This document shows, one piece after another, positions 8,356-17,288 of a DNA stretch of 64,000 nucleotides. The first letter of the stretch is position 1. Every line of letters starts with the position of its first letter. The position numbers were made by a program, and so were the translations under genes. A model generated the notes under the pieces. It ran no database searches, was not told the DNA's origin, and saw only the letters and a list, made by a program, of their open reading frames with translations. The DNA comes from Alphaproteobacteria bacterium (GTDB lineage Bacteria > Pseudomonadota > Alphaproteobacteria > JBFXJJ01): assembly GCA_050175015.1 (NCBI GenBank), contig JBFXJJ010000007.1, positions 10,513-74,512 on the forward strand, in the 5' to 3' direction.

Positions 8356-9258
8356 ATGAGAAAAACAAAAGAAGGATATTTAAAAGTTGATGAAATTCAT
8401 AAAATCCATTGGGTAGAATATGGTAATCCTGAGGGTAAACCTGTTTTGATTTTTCACGGCGGACCTGGTTCTCAGTTTAAAAAAAGACACGCTTCGAATA
8501 AAGATAAATATAGGATTATAGGTTTTGATCAAAGAGGCTGCGGAAAATCGTTGCCCAGTGGTGAGATTAAGAACAACACGACACAGGACTTGTTAAGAGA
8601 TGCCGATAAGCTTTTAGATTATCTCAAGATAGATAAAATTAATCTTTTTGGGAGTTCTTGGGGTTCAACAATGGCTCTTTTATATGCGGAGCATAATCCT
8701 TTGCGGGTTGCATCAGTCTTTGTTTCTGCGGTTTTTCTTGCTCGCAAAAAAGATGATGAATGGCTTTATAATGGTGTTAAGTCAATATATCCCGATTATT
8801 ACGAAAAATTTATCAAAAATATTCCCGAAAACAAAAGGGATAATATTGCAGAGTACTTATTAGAAATTATAGAAAAGGGTTCTTTTCAAAAGCAAGGTGA
8901 GACAGCTCTTGCCATTAGCAATTATGAATATTCCTTAATGTTGGTTAATCCAGAAAAAGAAGAATTTTCTAATGAAGCTAGTGAGGAGGACATCGCCGCA
9001 TCTAAAATCTTTTTGCATTATTCTAAAAATGACTATTTTTTATCCGAAAAAGAGCAGATTTTAAATAATCTTCATAAAATTAAAGATATTCCAATAACAA
9101 TCGTTCACGGAAGATTTGATATGTGTTGTCCTTTAGAAGGCGCTTATAGTTTACATAAAGGGCTTAAAAAGTCTAAATTGATAATCTCTGATGGCGAAAA
9201 TCATATCAGTCCTAAAAACAGCAAAATACTAAATGAAGAAATTAATAAAAATTTATAG
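8356..9258 (+). CDS. pip: Proline iminopeptidase (alpha/beta hydrolase, S33)
   Basis: HGGPGS, DQRGCGKS, nucleophile elbow GSSWGS, HGRFDMCCP, C-terminal His (GENH); GGAG RBS. Confidence 0.85.
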   Translation: MRKTKEGYLKVDEIHKIHWVEYGNPEGKPVLIFHGGPGSQFKKRHASNKDKYRIIGFDQRGCGKSLPSGEIKNNTTQDLLRDADKLLDYLKIDKINLFGSSWGSTMALLYAEHNPLRVASVFVSAVFLARKKDDEWLYNGVKSIYPDYYEKFIKNIPENKRDNIAEYLLEIIEKGSFQKQGETALAISNYEYSLMLVNPEKEEFSNEASEEDIAASKIFLHYSKNDYFLSEKEQILNNLHKIKDIPITIVHGRFDMCCPLEGAYSLHKGLKKSKLIISDGENHISPKNSKILNEEINKNL

Positions 9259-9328
9259 TTGAACTTAAGGTGGTTTTATTAGTATGTACTTAAGGGAGCA
9301 AACATATTTAGATTGTTAGGATTTATCT

Positions 9329-10798
9329 TTGTTATTTAACAGCTGCAGCTTTATTTTTTTGTTTCTGCCTATAACATTTTTTATCTATTTTTATTTGAAT
9401 AAGAATAGATTAACAGAGGCGGCTAAATCCTTTTTGGTGGTTTTTTCCCTGTTTTTTTACAGTTGGTGGAATGTTTTATATCTGCCGCTGATTTTGTTAT
9501 CAATGGTTTTTAATTATGCTGTGGGGTCGTCCTTAACCAAAGATGGAGCGCAAACCAAAATTGCTAAAAAAAATCTGCTTATCTTTGGAATTATCTCAAA
9601 TGTTGTTCTGTTAGCATATTTTAAATATACCGATTTTTTTATCAGTAACTTTAATTTTATATTTGATGCTAAAATCCCTCTCCAGCATTTAATGCTTCCT
9701 TTGGCTATATCGTTTTTTACGTTTCAACAGGTGGCGTATCTTATTGATTCTTATAAAGGTGATACAAAAGAATATGATTTTTTAAATTATGCTTTGTTTG
9801 TTACCTTTTTTCCGCAGCTTATTGCTGGACCCATTGTGCATCATAAAGAAATGATGCCGCAATTTGCTAATATTCGAAACAAAGTAGTTAACTATAATAA
9901 TATTATTTATGGCTTTTTTATTTTTTCGATAGGATTATTTAAAAAAGTTGTTGTTGCCGATACTTTTGCGGTTTGGGCAAGCGCGGGCTTTGATAAAGCG
10001 GAATTGCTTAGCTTTTTTGAAGCGTGGTCGGCTTCTTTATCCTATACTTTTCAACTTTATTTTGATTTTAGTGGTTATACCGATATGGCTATTGGTGCCG
10101 CACTGTTGTTTAATATAGTTCTTCCGATAAACTTTAATAGTCCCTATAAGTCGTTGAACATTCAAGATTTTTGGCGCAGATGGCATATAACGTTAAGTCG
10201 GTTTTTAAAAGATTATATTTATATTCCTCTTGGAGGAAATAGGACGGGCAGTTTTCGAACCTTTGCTAATTTGATGATAACGTTTGTTATCGGAGGTTTA
10301 TGGCACGGGGCGGGTTGGACATTCGTTTTTTGGGGCTTTTTGCACGGATTAGCTTTAGCCCTACATAGAATATGGCGTTTTCTTGGTTTTAAGTTAAATG
10401 CGGTTCTTGCTTGGTTTATCACATTTAATTTTTTAAATATTTCTTGGATATTTTTTAGAGCCAAAAGCTGGAATGATGCCTTTAAGGTTTTGAGGGCAAT
10501 GTTTTCTTTGGATAATATTGTTCTGCCGCTTAGATTAGAGGATAAGCTCGCATTTCTTAAAAACTATGGCATTTCATTTGGTGAGTGGGCAGAAAATATT
10601 AATGGCAGTAATTATACGGTCGTGATGATACTTGGTACTATGGCGGTAGTTTTATGGTTTAAAAATTCGGTTCAAATTATAAAAAATAAAAATATCTTAA
10701 GTTTTAAGTCGGCAGTATTTTATGGGATTGTTTTTGGAATAGCGGTTATAGCAATGTCCGTTTCAAGACATTCGGAGTTCATATATTTTAATTTTTAA
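9329..10798 (+). CDS. MBOAT O-acyltransferase (AlgI/DltB/PatA-like)
   Basis: MLFNS start, PLAISFFTFQ, FFPQLIAGPI, YFDFSGYTDMAIG, FWRRWHITLS, GLWHGA. Confidence 0.92.
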   Translation: MLFNSCSFIFLFLPITFFIYFYLNKNRLTEAAKSFLVVFSLFFYSWWNVLYLPLILLSMVFNYAVGSSLTKDGAQTKIAKKNLLIFGIISNVVLLAYFKYTDFFISNFNFIFDAKIPLQHLMLPLAISFFTFQQVAYLIDSYKGDTKEYDFLNYALFVTFFPQLIAGPIVHHKEMMPQFANIRNKVVNYNNIIYGFFIFSIGLFKKVVVADTFAVWASAGFDKAELLSFFEAWSASLSYTFQLYFDFSGYTDMAIGAALLFNIVLPINFNSPYKSLNIQDFWRRWHITLSRFLKDYIYIPLGGNRTGSFRTFANLMITFVIGGLWHGAGWTFVFWGFLHGLALALHRIWRFLGFKLNAVLAWFITFNFLNISWIFFRAKSWNDAFKVLRAMFSLDNIVLPLRLEDKLAFLKNYGISFGEWAENINGSNYTVVMILGTMAVVLWFKNSVQIIKNKNILSFKSAVFYGIVFGIAVIAMSVSRHSEFIYFNF

Positions 10799-10807
10799 TG
10801 AAAGCAA

Positions 10808-11935
10808 ATGAAAAGTTATAAACTAGTAAATGTTTTTTTATTCTCTGCGGCCTTAACGGTGATAGTTTTTGTTGGGGTTATGTATACCTTTGATCCTTTG
10901 CAGCTGTTTCATAAAAAATGGTTTTACCAAAACAATATATCTAACTATATGAGAGAACAGGCGTCTGGTTTAATAAGGCACAGCGACTTTGATTCTCTTA
11001 TTCTTGGAACCAGCGTATTAGAAAATACTTCTGCTAAAGAGGCTTCAGAAAAACTTGGCGGTAAGTTCATAAATCTATCGTTATCAGGCAGTGATTATGG
11101 TGAACGAGCGGTTGTTTTAGCTTTTGCTCTTAAAAACAAAAAAATAAAAAAAGTAATCTATTCTCTAGATATTGAAGGGTTAGTTGATCTGAGAACAAAC
11201 GATATTGATTATAAATATTTATACGATGAAAGTCGGTTAAACGATTTTTATGCTTATACCAATGTAAAATACATTGGCTGTATTTTGCATAAAACCCTTT
11301 GTTTTCCAGACAATATCGATTTAGACAGACCTAATGCGTGGTATTTAGAAGAAAAACACAGCAGAAGATTTGGCGGGCTTGATAATTGGTTTAAATATCA
11401 AGAAGATGAACAAATAAAAGATGCCCTTAAAAAAGTTCTGTTTTCCATAGATGAGATGAAAAAAGGAAAGACGATAACGTATGATGTTGCAGCTAAAATG
11501 GTTGAAGCTGCTAATTATTTGAATGAATATTTACTTCGCTATGTAAGAGAATATCCTGAGACAGAATTTATTTTGGTTGTGCCGCCATATTACCGAGCGA
11601 TGTATGCAATAATGGCTCAGTACAAAGTTTCAGACTTTGAGATATATTTAAAAAATATAAAATTCCTTGCCAGCCAGACCGCATTATATCCTAACTTAAA
11701 AATTTTTGGCTGGGGTAATAACGATTTTGGAGATGACATCAAAAATTATAAAGACTTAGTGCATTATAATTATAAATATAATTCTTGGATTTTAGATGAA
11801 ATATCTCAAAATGATGGCTTGCTGGAGATAAAAAACATAGATAAATATTTAGCAGAATTTAAAAACAAAGCGCAAAACTTTAATTTGTTGGTTCTGGGAG
11901 ATCGAATAAGAACTAGTTTAAATGCTTTTAAATAA
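10808..11935 (+). CDS. Membrane-anchored SGNH-like partner of the MBOAT (AlgJ/DltD/PatB-like)
   Basis: Single N-terminal TM, LILGTS block-I Ser, INLSLSGS, C-terminal YKDLVHY (D-x-x-H); starts 9 nt after the MBOAT stop. Confidence 0.6.
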   Translation: MKSYKLVNVFLFSAALTVIVFVGVMYTFDPLQLFHKKWFYQNNISNYMREQASGLIRHSDFDSLILGTSVLENTSAKEASEKLGGKFINLSLSGSDYGERAVVLAFALKNKKIKKVIYSLDIEGLVDLRTNDIDYKYLYDESRLNDFYAYTNVKYIGCILHKTLCFPDNIDLDRPNAWYLEEKHSRRFGGLDNWFKYQEDEQIKDALKKVLFSIDEMKKGKTITYDVAAKMVEAANYLNEYLLRYVREYPETEFILVVPPYYRAMYAIMAQYKVSDFEIYLKNIKFLASQTALYPNLKIFGWGNNDFGDDIKNYKDLVHYNYKYNSWILDEISQNDGLLEIKNIDKYLAEFKNKAQNFNLLVLGDRIRTSLNAFK

Positions 11936-12016
11936 GTAGGTATTTTTATGTTAAAAAACAAAAAAATCTAAAAAATTTAAGATATGTTAAATTAAATCTT
12001 AATTCTATAAAAGTAA

Positions 12017-12883
12017 CTATTGGAGTAAAGCCAATATATGGAATATTACAAAAAAAGATGCACCTATTCGCAATTTTAATATTTCGGAAAAATTTAAATT
12101 AGAGTCATTAGCAATTAAAATGAAAAATACAGACCATATAGCAACACTTAAGATTGTTGTTACAATGCTAACCTGTTTATTTGAATTTGTTTTGAAGGTA
12201 TTTAACCAATCCTTAATATAAGTATAAGGAAGAGCTACAAACAAAATCATATTTAAAATAAAGAAGAGAAACAAAGAAGCAAAAAAACCAAAAAATACCA
12301 TTATGGGTATGATTTTTATATTATTAATTGCGTCCCATATATCAAAAACAAGAGATAAATCTTTAATTCTAAAAGATGTTAAAGATGGCAAAATATATAC
12401 CAATACTCCGAATATGATAGGAAAAGATACAATAAGCAAAAAACTATTTAAAATAGAAATAAATATTTCTGGAATATTTATTTTATTAGCAAAAAATTTG
12501 TATAAATATGAACAAATCAATAGCACTAAAGTTAATGTGAAAAAATTGTTAAAAACCCTAGATTCTGTAAAAAGGAAAAGTCTAAATATGCATATAAAAA
12601 ATGCAGGAATTTCTATTCCAAAAAGGAAATGAAAAGTTAAAGAGGAATCCGCTTTTGTTTTTTTGACTGTGTATTTTGAAATAAAGGGAATAGCAAAAAG
12701 AGCTAATAGCAATGATGAAAAATAAAAAAAACCATAAAACGAAAAAGATCTAAAAAAAGAAAGATTAGTTAAAATGGCGTATGGAATAACAAAGAAAACA
12801 ATAGATATTATTAATATATTATTGTAATTATTAAAAATAGCAGAATAATGATTATGTTTGATTTTATTAAAAAATGACGTCAT
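12017..12883 (-). CDS. Integral membrane protein; possibly a truncated N-terminal part of a TIGR02921-like protein
   Basis: 288 aa, 7-8 TM segments. FLFGIEIPAFFICIFRLFLFTE resembles (from memory) the TIGR02921 membrane block. No soluble C-terminal domain follows. Confidence 0.4.
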   Translation of the reverse strand: MTSFFNKIKHNHYSAIFNNYNNILIISIVFFVIPYAILTNLSFFRSFSFYGFFYFSSLLLALFAIPFISKYTVKKTKADSSLTFHFLFGIEIPAFFICIFRLFLFTESRVFNNFFTLTLVLLICSYLYKFFANKINIPEIFISILNSFLLIVSFPIIFGVLVYILPSLTSFRIKDLSLVFDIWDAINNIKIIPIMVFFGFFASLFLFFILNMILFVALPYTYIKDWLNTFKTNSNKQVSIVTTILSVAIWSVFFILIANDSNLNFSEILKLRIGASFFVIFHILALLQ

Positions 12884-12930
12884 TTTAAATTCTCACTTTT
12901 TTTGGTTAATTCAAAAACAGGTTGTGATTT

Positions 12931-13527
12931 CTATTCTTTTAAAGAACAGGTATTCAAATCAACAGAAAATGGGTCTATAGCACCATATTTAGTCCATTCC
13001 ATATTCTTATCATTTTCATAAGATAAAGCAAAAGCCTGTTTGTTATCAATCGACGGCATATCGGCAGGACGTATTTCTAAATGGAAAAAACTATTGTTGT
13101 TAGTTTCGGCAATTTTATCACCCTTTTTAAAACTCATTCCTTCGCTCAGAGGTTTGCCGTCTTTATCTATTATGTTTTCAAGATGTGCAAAGCGGACAAA
13201 TAAGCTTTTGCCGTTAGGACAGTCGTGACGGAAGACAATGTAGCGCCCACAAGCGCCGCCATCTTTTACATAAACTAAAGCATTTTTATCATTTTCTATT
13301 TTAACAACCTCGCCATCAGCAATCATTTTTACATCAGTTCTTTGAGGGGAGGCAAAATCAACGCCATAGTGTATTGAAACACTGCCGCAAGAGCATGGCT
13401 CCTCATCACTATAAGGTAGAAAGTCGAAAGTTATTGTTGTGCCGTTTTCTGAGGCAGATTTTATTTCTTCACTAAAAGAAGGTTGGCAAAGAAAGAATAA
13501 AGCAAAAAAAACGATTAAAAAACGCAT
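12931..13527 (-). CDS. Secreted M23-family peptidase-like protein (degenerate HxH)
   Basis: Signal peptide MRFLIVFFALFFLCQPSFS, HYGVD Zn motif, VRFAHL, and FFHLEIR where HxH is expected. Confidence 0.7.
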   Translation of the reverse strand: MRFLIVFFALFFLCQPSFSEEIKSASENGTTITFDFLPYSDEEPCSCGSVSIHYGVDFASPQRTDVKMIADGEVVKIENDKNALVYVKDGGACGRYIVFRHDCPNGKSLFVRFAHLENIIDKDGKPLSEGMSFKKGDKIAETNNNSFFHLEIRPADMPSIDNKQAFALSYENDKNMEWTKYGAIDPFSVDLNTCSLKE

Positions 13528-13556
13528 ATTATATACCAAGCCCTATGTTAAAAAAA

Positions 13557-14633
13557 TCAATCCTTAGAAAGCCAGCCCTTTTTTCCAAAATATGCCAGCA
13601 TAGCAACGGCTAGAGACAACATAATGCCTAACGCTGTGAAATAGCCATATTCGAAATGAAGCTCGGGCATATTATCAAAGTTCATACCATAAATTCCAGC
13701 AATAACACCAAGCGGAATGAATATAGTTGAGATAACGGTTAAAACTTTAATTACATCATTCATACGTGACGCTGAAATTGAAAGGAATAATTCCATAATA
13801 CTAGATGCCGTTTCTCGGTAAACTTCTATCATTTCGATAACACGCAAAGAGTGATCAAAACAGTCTTTCAAGTAGTTTTTGGTTTCATCAGAGATAAATT
13901 CATTATCATCATTGAGCAGATATTTAATAACTTCACTTTCGGGAAAGACAAGCCGTTTTAGCGTTAAAAAATCACGTTTGACCGTATGTAGTTTTAGCGG
14001 TAGTTTTTTGACTTTGGGATTAATTACTTCTTCGTCAAATTCATCGAGTTTATCACCATAGTATTGCAATATTGGAAAAGAAGTATCAATAATTTTATCA
14101 ATGATGGCATAAGTCAGATAATCACAGCTTAAATTACGCATAGCACTACTGTTTTTTTGAAGCCTTATAATTATGGGGTCTAAAAAGGTTGTTTTGGCAG
14201 GGTTGAAAGTTATTAGATAGTTGTTGCCTAAAAACATAGAAATTTGTTCATTGTCTATACCGTTGTTTTCATTAAGGCTGGGTATTTGAAAAACCAAAAA
14301 TAAATGGTTGTTATATTCATCTATTTTGGGCGTTTGATGCGTATTTATAACATCTTCAAAGGCGAGGAGATGAATTTTAAAAAGTTTAGCAATTTTTTCA
14401 AGAACATCTAAAGTTCCCAAGCCGTTTATGTTAAGCCAGAAATTTTTAGAATGATGCTTGGTAAGCAAAGTTTCAATTTCAGAAACTTCAATATTATCAT
14501 ATTCTAAAAGGGTTTCTTTGTCATATATTCTAAGGCATAATTCCGTTTTTTGAGAGTTTTCTTGCTGCGAAACAACGCCAGGAGCGGTTCCAGCTGGGGT
14601 TATGCTTTTGAGATAAAAGGTTCTTTTTTTCAT
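13557..14633 (-). CDS. corA: Magnesium/cobalt transporter CorA
   Basis: PGTAPG-like N-terminus, HLLAFEDVINTHQTPKIDEY, C-terminal IAGIYGMNFDNMPEL with two TMs. Confidence 0.93.
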   Translation of the reverse strand: MKKRTFYLKSITPAGTAPGVVSQQENSQKTELCLRIYDKETLLEYDNIEVSEIETLLTKHHSKNFWLNINGLGTLDVLEKIAKLFKIHLLAFEDVINTHQTPKIDEYNNHLFLVFQIPSLNENNGIDNEQISMFLGNNYLITFNPAKTTFLDPIIIRLQKNSSAMRNLSCDYLTYAIIDKIIDTSFPILQYYGDKLDEFDEEVINPKVKKLPLKLHTVKRDFLTLKRLVFPESEVIKYLLNDDNEFISDETKNYLKDCFDHSLRVIEMIEVYRETASSIMELFLSISASRMNDVIKVLTVISTIFIPLGVIAGIYGMNFDNMPELHFEYGYFTALGIMLSLAVAMLAYFGKKGWLSKD

Positions 14634-14722
14634 TGGCCGTAATACTTTAAAAGTTATTATGTTTTGTAAAGTCTAGCACGTTCTAAAAGCAAAGTTAATG
14701 GAAAACATCATTAACAAATTAT

Positions 14723-14757
14723 TTGCATATATAATTATGCGGTCATATAATTATATA
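14723..14757 (+). promoter_or_regulatory. sigma70 promoter overlapped by an 11-8-11 inverted repeat (candidate TetR operator)
   Basis: TTGCAT(14723-28)-N17-TATAAT(14746-51). Arms TATATAATTAT (14728-38) and ATAATTATATA (14747-57). The AT-richness lowers significance. Confidence 0.5.
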
Positions 14758-14784
14758 ATAATTACAGAAAAAGGATAATAAAAA

Positions 14785-15435
14785 ATGACAAGACCTTCAC
14801 GCAATCAAGATGCTCTTCTAATTGAAGCTGGGAAAAAACTTCTTCCAGAAGTTGGTGTTAGTGGCATGAGTTTGAAGATGGTGGCTGATAAAGCTGGAGT
14901 TAACCTTGGAATGTTTCACTATTATTTTAAAACCAAATCTAACTTTATTAGTAAGGTTTTAGAAGCGTTTAAGGAGGATATGAATGGCGGAGATATTAGT
15001 TTTCCTAAGAAAGCAGATTCTATAGAAAAGTTGAAATATTATCTTAATACTATGGGCAAATCTTTTCGTGACAACCGCCAGTTAGCAATAATTTTATATC
15101 GTGATATGCTTAATAACGATGCTGAAGTAATTGATTTTTTAATAAGCAATTTTGAAAAAAAGGAAGAGCTTTTAATGCAGTTGATTAAAGACTGCCAGAA
15201 AGATGGCTATATTCCATCTGAAATACCAATTTCTCAGCTTATTAATTTTTGTGTTTCTGGTGTTAAAACCCCGATTGTAATTGCGGGTGTTTTAGAAAAT
15301 ATGAAATCGCTTAAGACGCCGAATAAAGACGAGTTGATTAGCGATGATGCGATAGCACAAAGAGTAGAGATGATATTAAATGGTATTGTATCATCTAAAG
15401 AAAAGAGCGGTTTTTGGTTTTTTAAGAAGAACTAG
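14785..15435 (+). CDS. TetR/AcrR-family transcriptional regulator
   Basis: N-terminal HTH GVSGMSLKMVADKAGVNLGMFHYYFKTK. Confidence 0.9.
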   Translation: MTRPSRNQDALLIEAGKKLLPEVGVSGMSLKMVADKAGVNLGMFHYYFKTKSNFISKVLEAFKEDMNGGDISFPKKADSIEKLKYYLNTMGKSFRDNRQLAIILYRDMLNNDAEVIDFLISNFEKKEELLMQLIKDCQKDGYIPSEIPISQLINFCVSGVKTPIVIAGVLENMKSLKTPNKDELISDDAIAQRVEMILNGIVSSKEKSGFWFFKKN

Positions 15436-15447
15436 TTTTTAATATAG

Positions 15448-16080
15448 CTAAACATTTTTAGTTCTATTTTTTACTTTTTCTAAAAGCAGATGAAAAGGCG
15501 GCAATATTTTTTCAATTAGAGACATATCATTTTCTAAAACGGCCAAAGTATAGGCAACAGCTTCAATCGTTGAAACGCTTTCTTTCCGAGGCTCCTTGCG
15601 AAGTCTGCCATAGAAGGACAATCTTGGGGGCTGCAAAACTAAGCGCTGGCATTTAAGAAGCCACGGATTACGCCACCATAGAGCCTTGGCTTGAGACCAG
15701 TTGCCATCAAGTAAAATAATACATTTTAATTGATTTAGGATACCTTCTTGATTATCAAGCATAGTTCCTTTTTTGCTTATTGCCGTTAAAATATTAGGGG
15801 GAAGAGCCTCTTTAGTTTTAGCTGTTCCAAGGTAGAGAACACCTACTTTTTTAGAATCAAGTTTATATCCCAAAGCTTTTTCTAAATTTGCCCAAGATAA
15901 TCCTGTTTTAACACTTGAATTTTTAAGCTGGAGATTAACAATTTTAGCCGTTCCTAAGATGCGGTCTTGTTCTTGCGGGTGTCTTAAAATCAAAACATCA
16001 ATTTTATTTTCTAAGGAACCAATTTTTTCACAGACGCAAAGCTCAACAGGCTTTTCACAAACGTTGCAGGTCTCGCTCAT
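15448..16080 (-). CDS. DTW-domain tRNA-uridine aminocarboxypropyltransferase (TapT/YfiP-like)
   Basis: N-terminal CxxC...CxC, ILRHPQE, LLDGNWSQAK, ESVSTIEA. Confidence 0.85.
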   Translation of the reverse strand: MSETCNVCEKPVELCVCEKIGSLENKIDVLILRHPQEQDRILGTAKIVNLQLKNSSVKTGLSWANLEKALGYKLDSKKVGVLYLGTAKTKEALPPNILTAISKKGTMLDNQEGILNQLKCIILLDGNWSQAKALWWRNPWLLKCQRLVLQPPRLSFYGRLRKEPRKESVSTIEAVAYTLAVLENDMSLIEKILPPFHLLLEKVKNRTKNV

Positions 16081-16287
16081 AGTTGAATCCTCAAAAAATA
16101 AAAAGGTTATATCCCTTTAAGTAAAAACAAAAAGCCGTCTTTATTAAAGATGGATTTTCTAGAATAGATCATAATATATATTCCATTGCTTGATTATAGC
16201 CAATACAAAATAGAATGATTTTGGAAAATGGAGTTAAATATCTTTGGTTTTATTTAAAAGCACCATATTCAAAATATGGTATAAACT

Positions 16288-17274
16288 CTAAAAGGCATCA
16301 CCCCACGATGATTTTTTAAATAGTTTATAATCTGGGAACGACTTGGATATATCTATCTCTTTATAGGTTCCATCACAGTTACAAGTTTCGGCTTGAATAA
16401 CTTTTCCGCCTCTAGGGTTGCCGACAATTCTTCCTTTTATAGATTTTGCTTTTTCTCTGGTTGCTATGAGGTATGAGAATTTTTCATCTTCATAGCTTAA
16501 GTTGGCACCAGATTTTATTTGGCGGTGAACTTTGCTGCGTTCTATTCTGACGGAAAAATGGCACCATTTTTCAGAACTATTATAATTTTTAGCTATAGGG
16601 CAGTCATCTTTATGGGGGCAAGGTGCCGCAATTTCTGCTCCTAGTTTTAACAAAAGATTTCTAGTTGCAAGAATGACATCTTGTCCTTGAGGGGTTCCTG
16701 GTTCAACTATTATTAAGGCATTTTTGGTTTTTTGCCATAAATGTTCTATAGTTTTTAAGACCGTTTTTTCTCCTTGTTCCTGCCAAATTTCATTTAGAAC
16801 ATAATTAGCTGTGATTAAGTCATAGTCTTTTTTAATATTCAGATTTTGAGCCGTAATTTTCTGCCAGTCGTAGTTGATATTAGAATAACTATTTTTTAAA
16901 ACTTCCTGCCCCAGAGATTGCAGAAAAGCATTAGGCTCAACTAGGGTTATTTCATTTAGTGATTGCCAGTTTTCGATAGCGGCACAGCTCATTGCTCCAG
17001 AGCCTGCTCCCAAATCTAACAAAGATTGGGGAAAAAACTTGGGTAGGCGTTGGCTTAGTTCACTCAAAACTGATGCTGCGGCTCCAAACGTTGCGGGAAA
17101 TCTTGAAGCCAAATATGCCTTAGCCTCAATATCAGATTTTATGCTTAAAGATTGGGCATTATCCAATCTTCTATACCTAAGAGAAACATTTGCCGCAGCT
17201 TTTATTATTTCTGCGGTATTGCTTTTTGAGATTATACTATCAAGTACCAGTTTTAGATTAGAAGGAAGTTTCAT
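16288..17274 (-). CDS. Rsm22/METTL17-family (small ribosomal subunit) methyltransferase-like protein
   Basis: AYLASRFPATF, LLDLGAGSG, YVLNE, IIVEPGTPQG, APCPHKDDCP, WCHFSVR, EDEKFSY; AGGAG RBS 14 nt after the NRPS-PKS stop. Confidence 0.85.
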   Translation of the reverse strand: MKLPSNLKLVLDSIISKSNTAEIIKAAANVSLRYRRLDNAQSLSIKSDIEAKAYLASRFPATFGAAASVLSELSQRLPKFFPQSLLDLGAGSGAMSCAAIENWQSLNEITLVEPNAFLQSLGQEVLKNSYSNINYDWQKITAQNLNIKKDYDLITANYVLNEIWQEQGEKTVLKTIEHLWQKTKNALIIVEPGTPQGQDVILATRNLLLKLGAEIAAPCPHKDDCPIAKNYNSSEKWCHFSVRIERSKVHRQIKSGANLSYEDEKFSYLIATREKAKSIKGRIVGNPRGGKVIQAETCNCDGTYKEIDISKSFPDYKLFKKSSWGDAF

Positions 17275-17288
17275 ATTTCTCCTTAAAA

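Noticed and set aside
14723-15435. TetR gene as pathway regulator of the NRPS-PKS cluster
   Set aside because: I found no copy of its candidate operator in the cluster's intergenic regions (31660-31843, 38956-39027, 41324-41432); autoregulation is the simpler reading.
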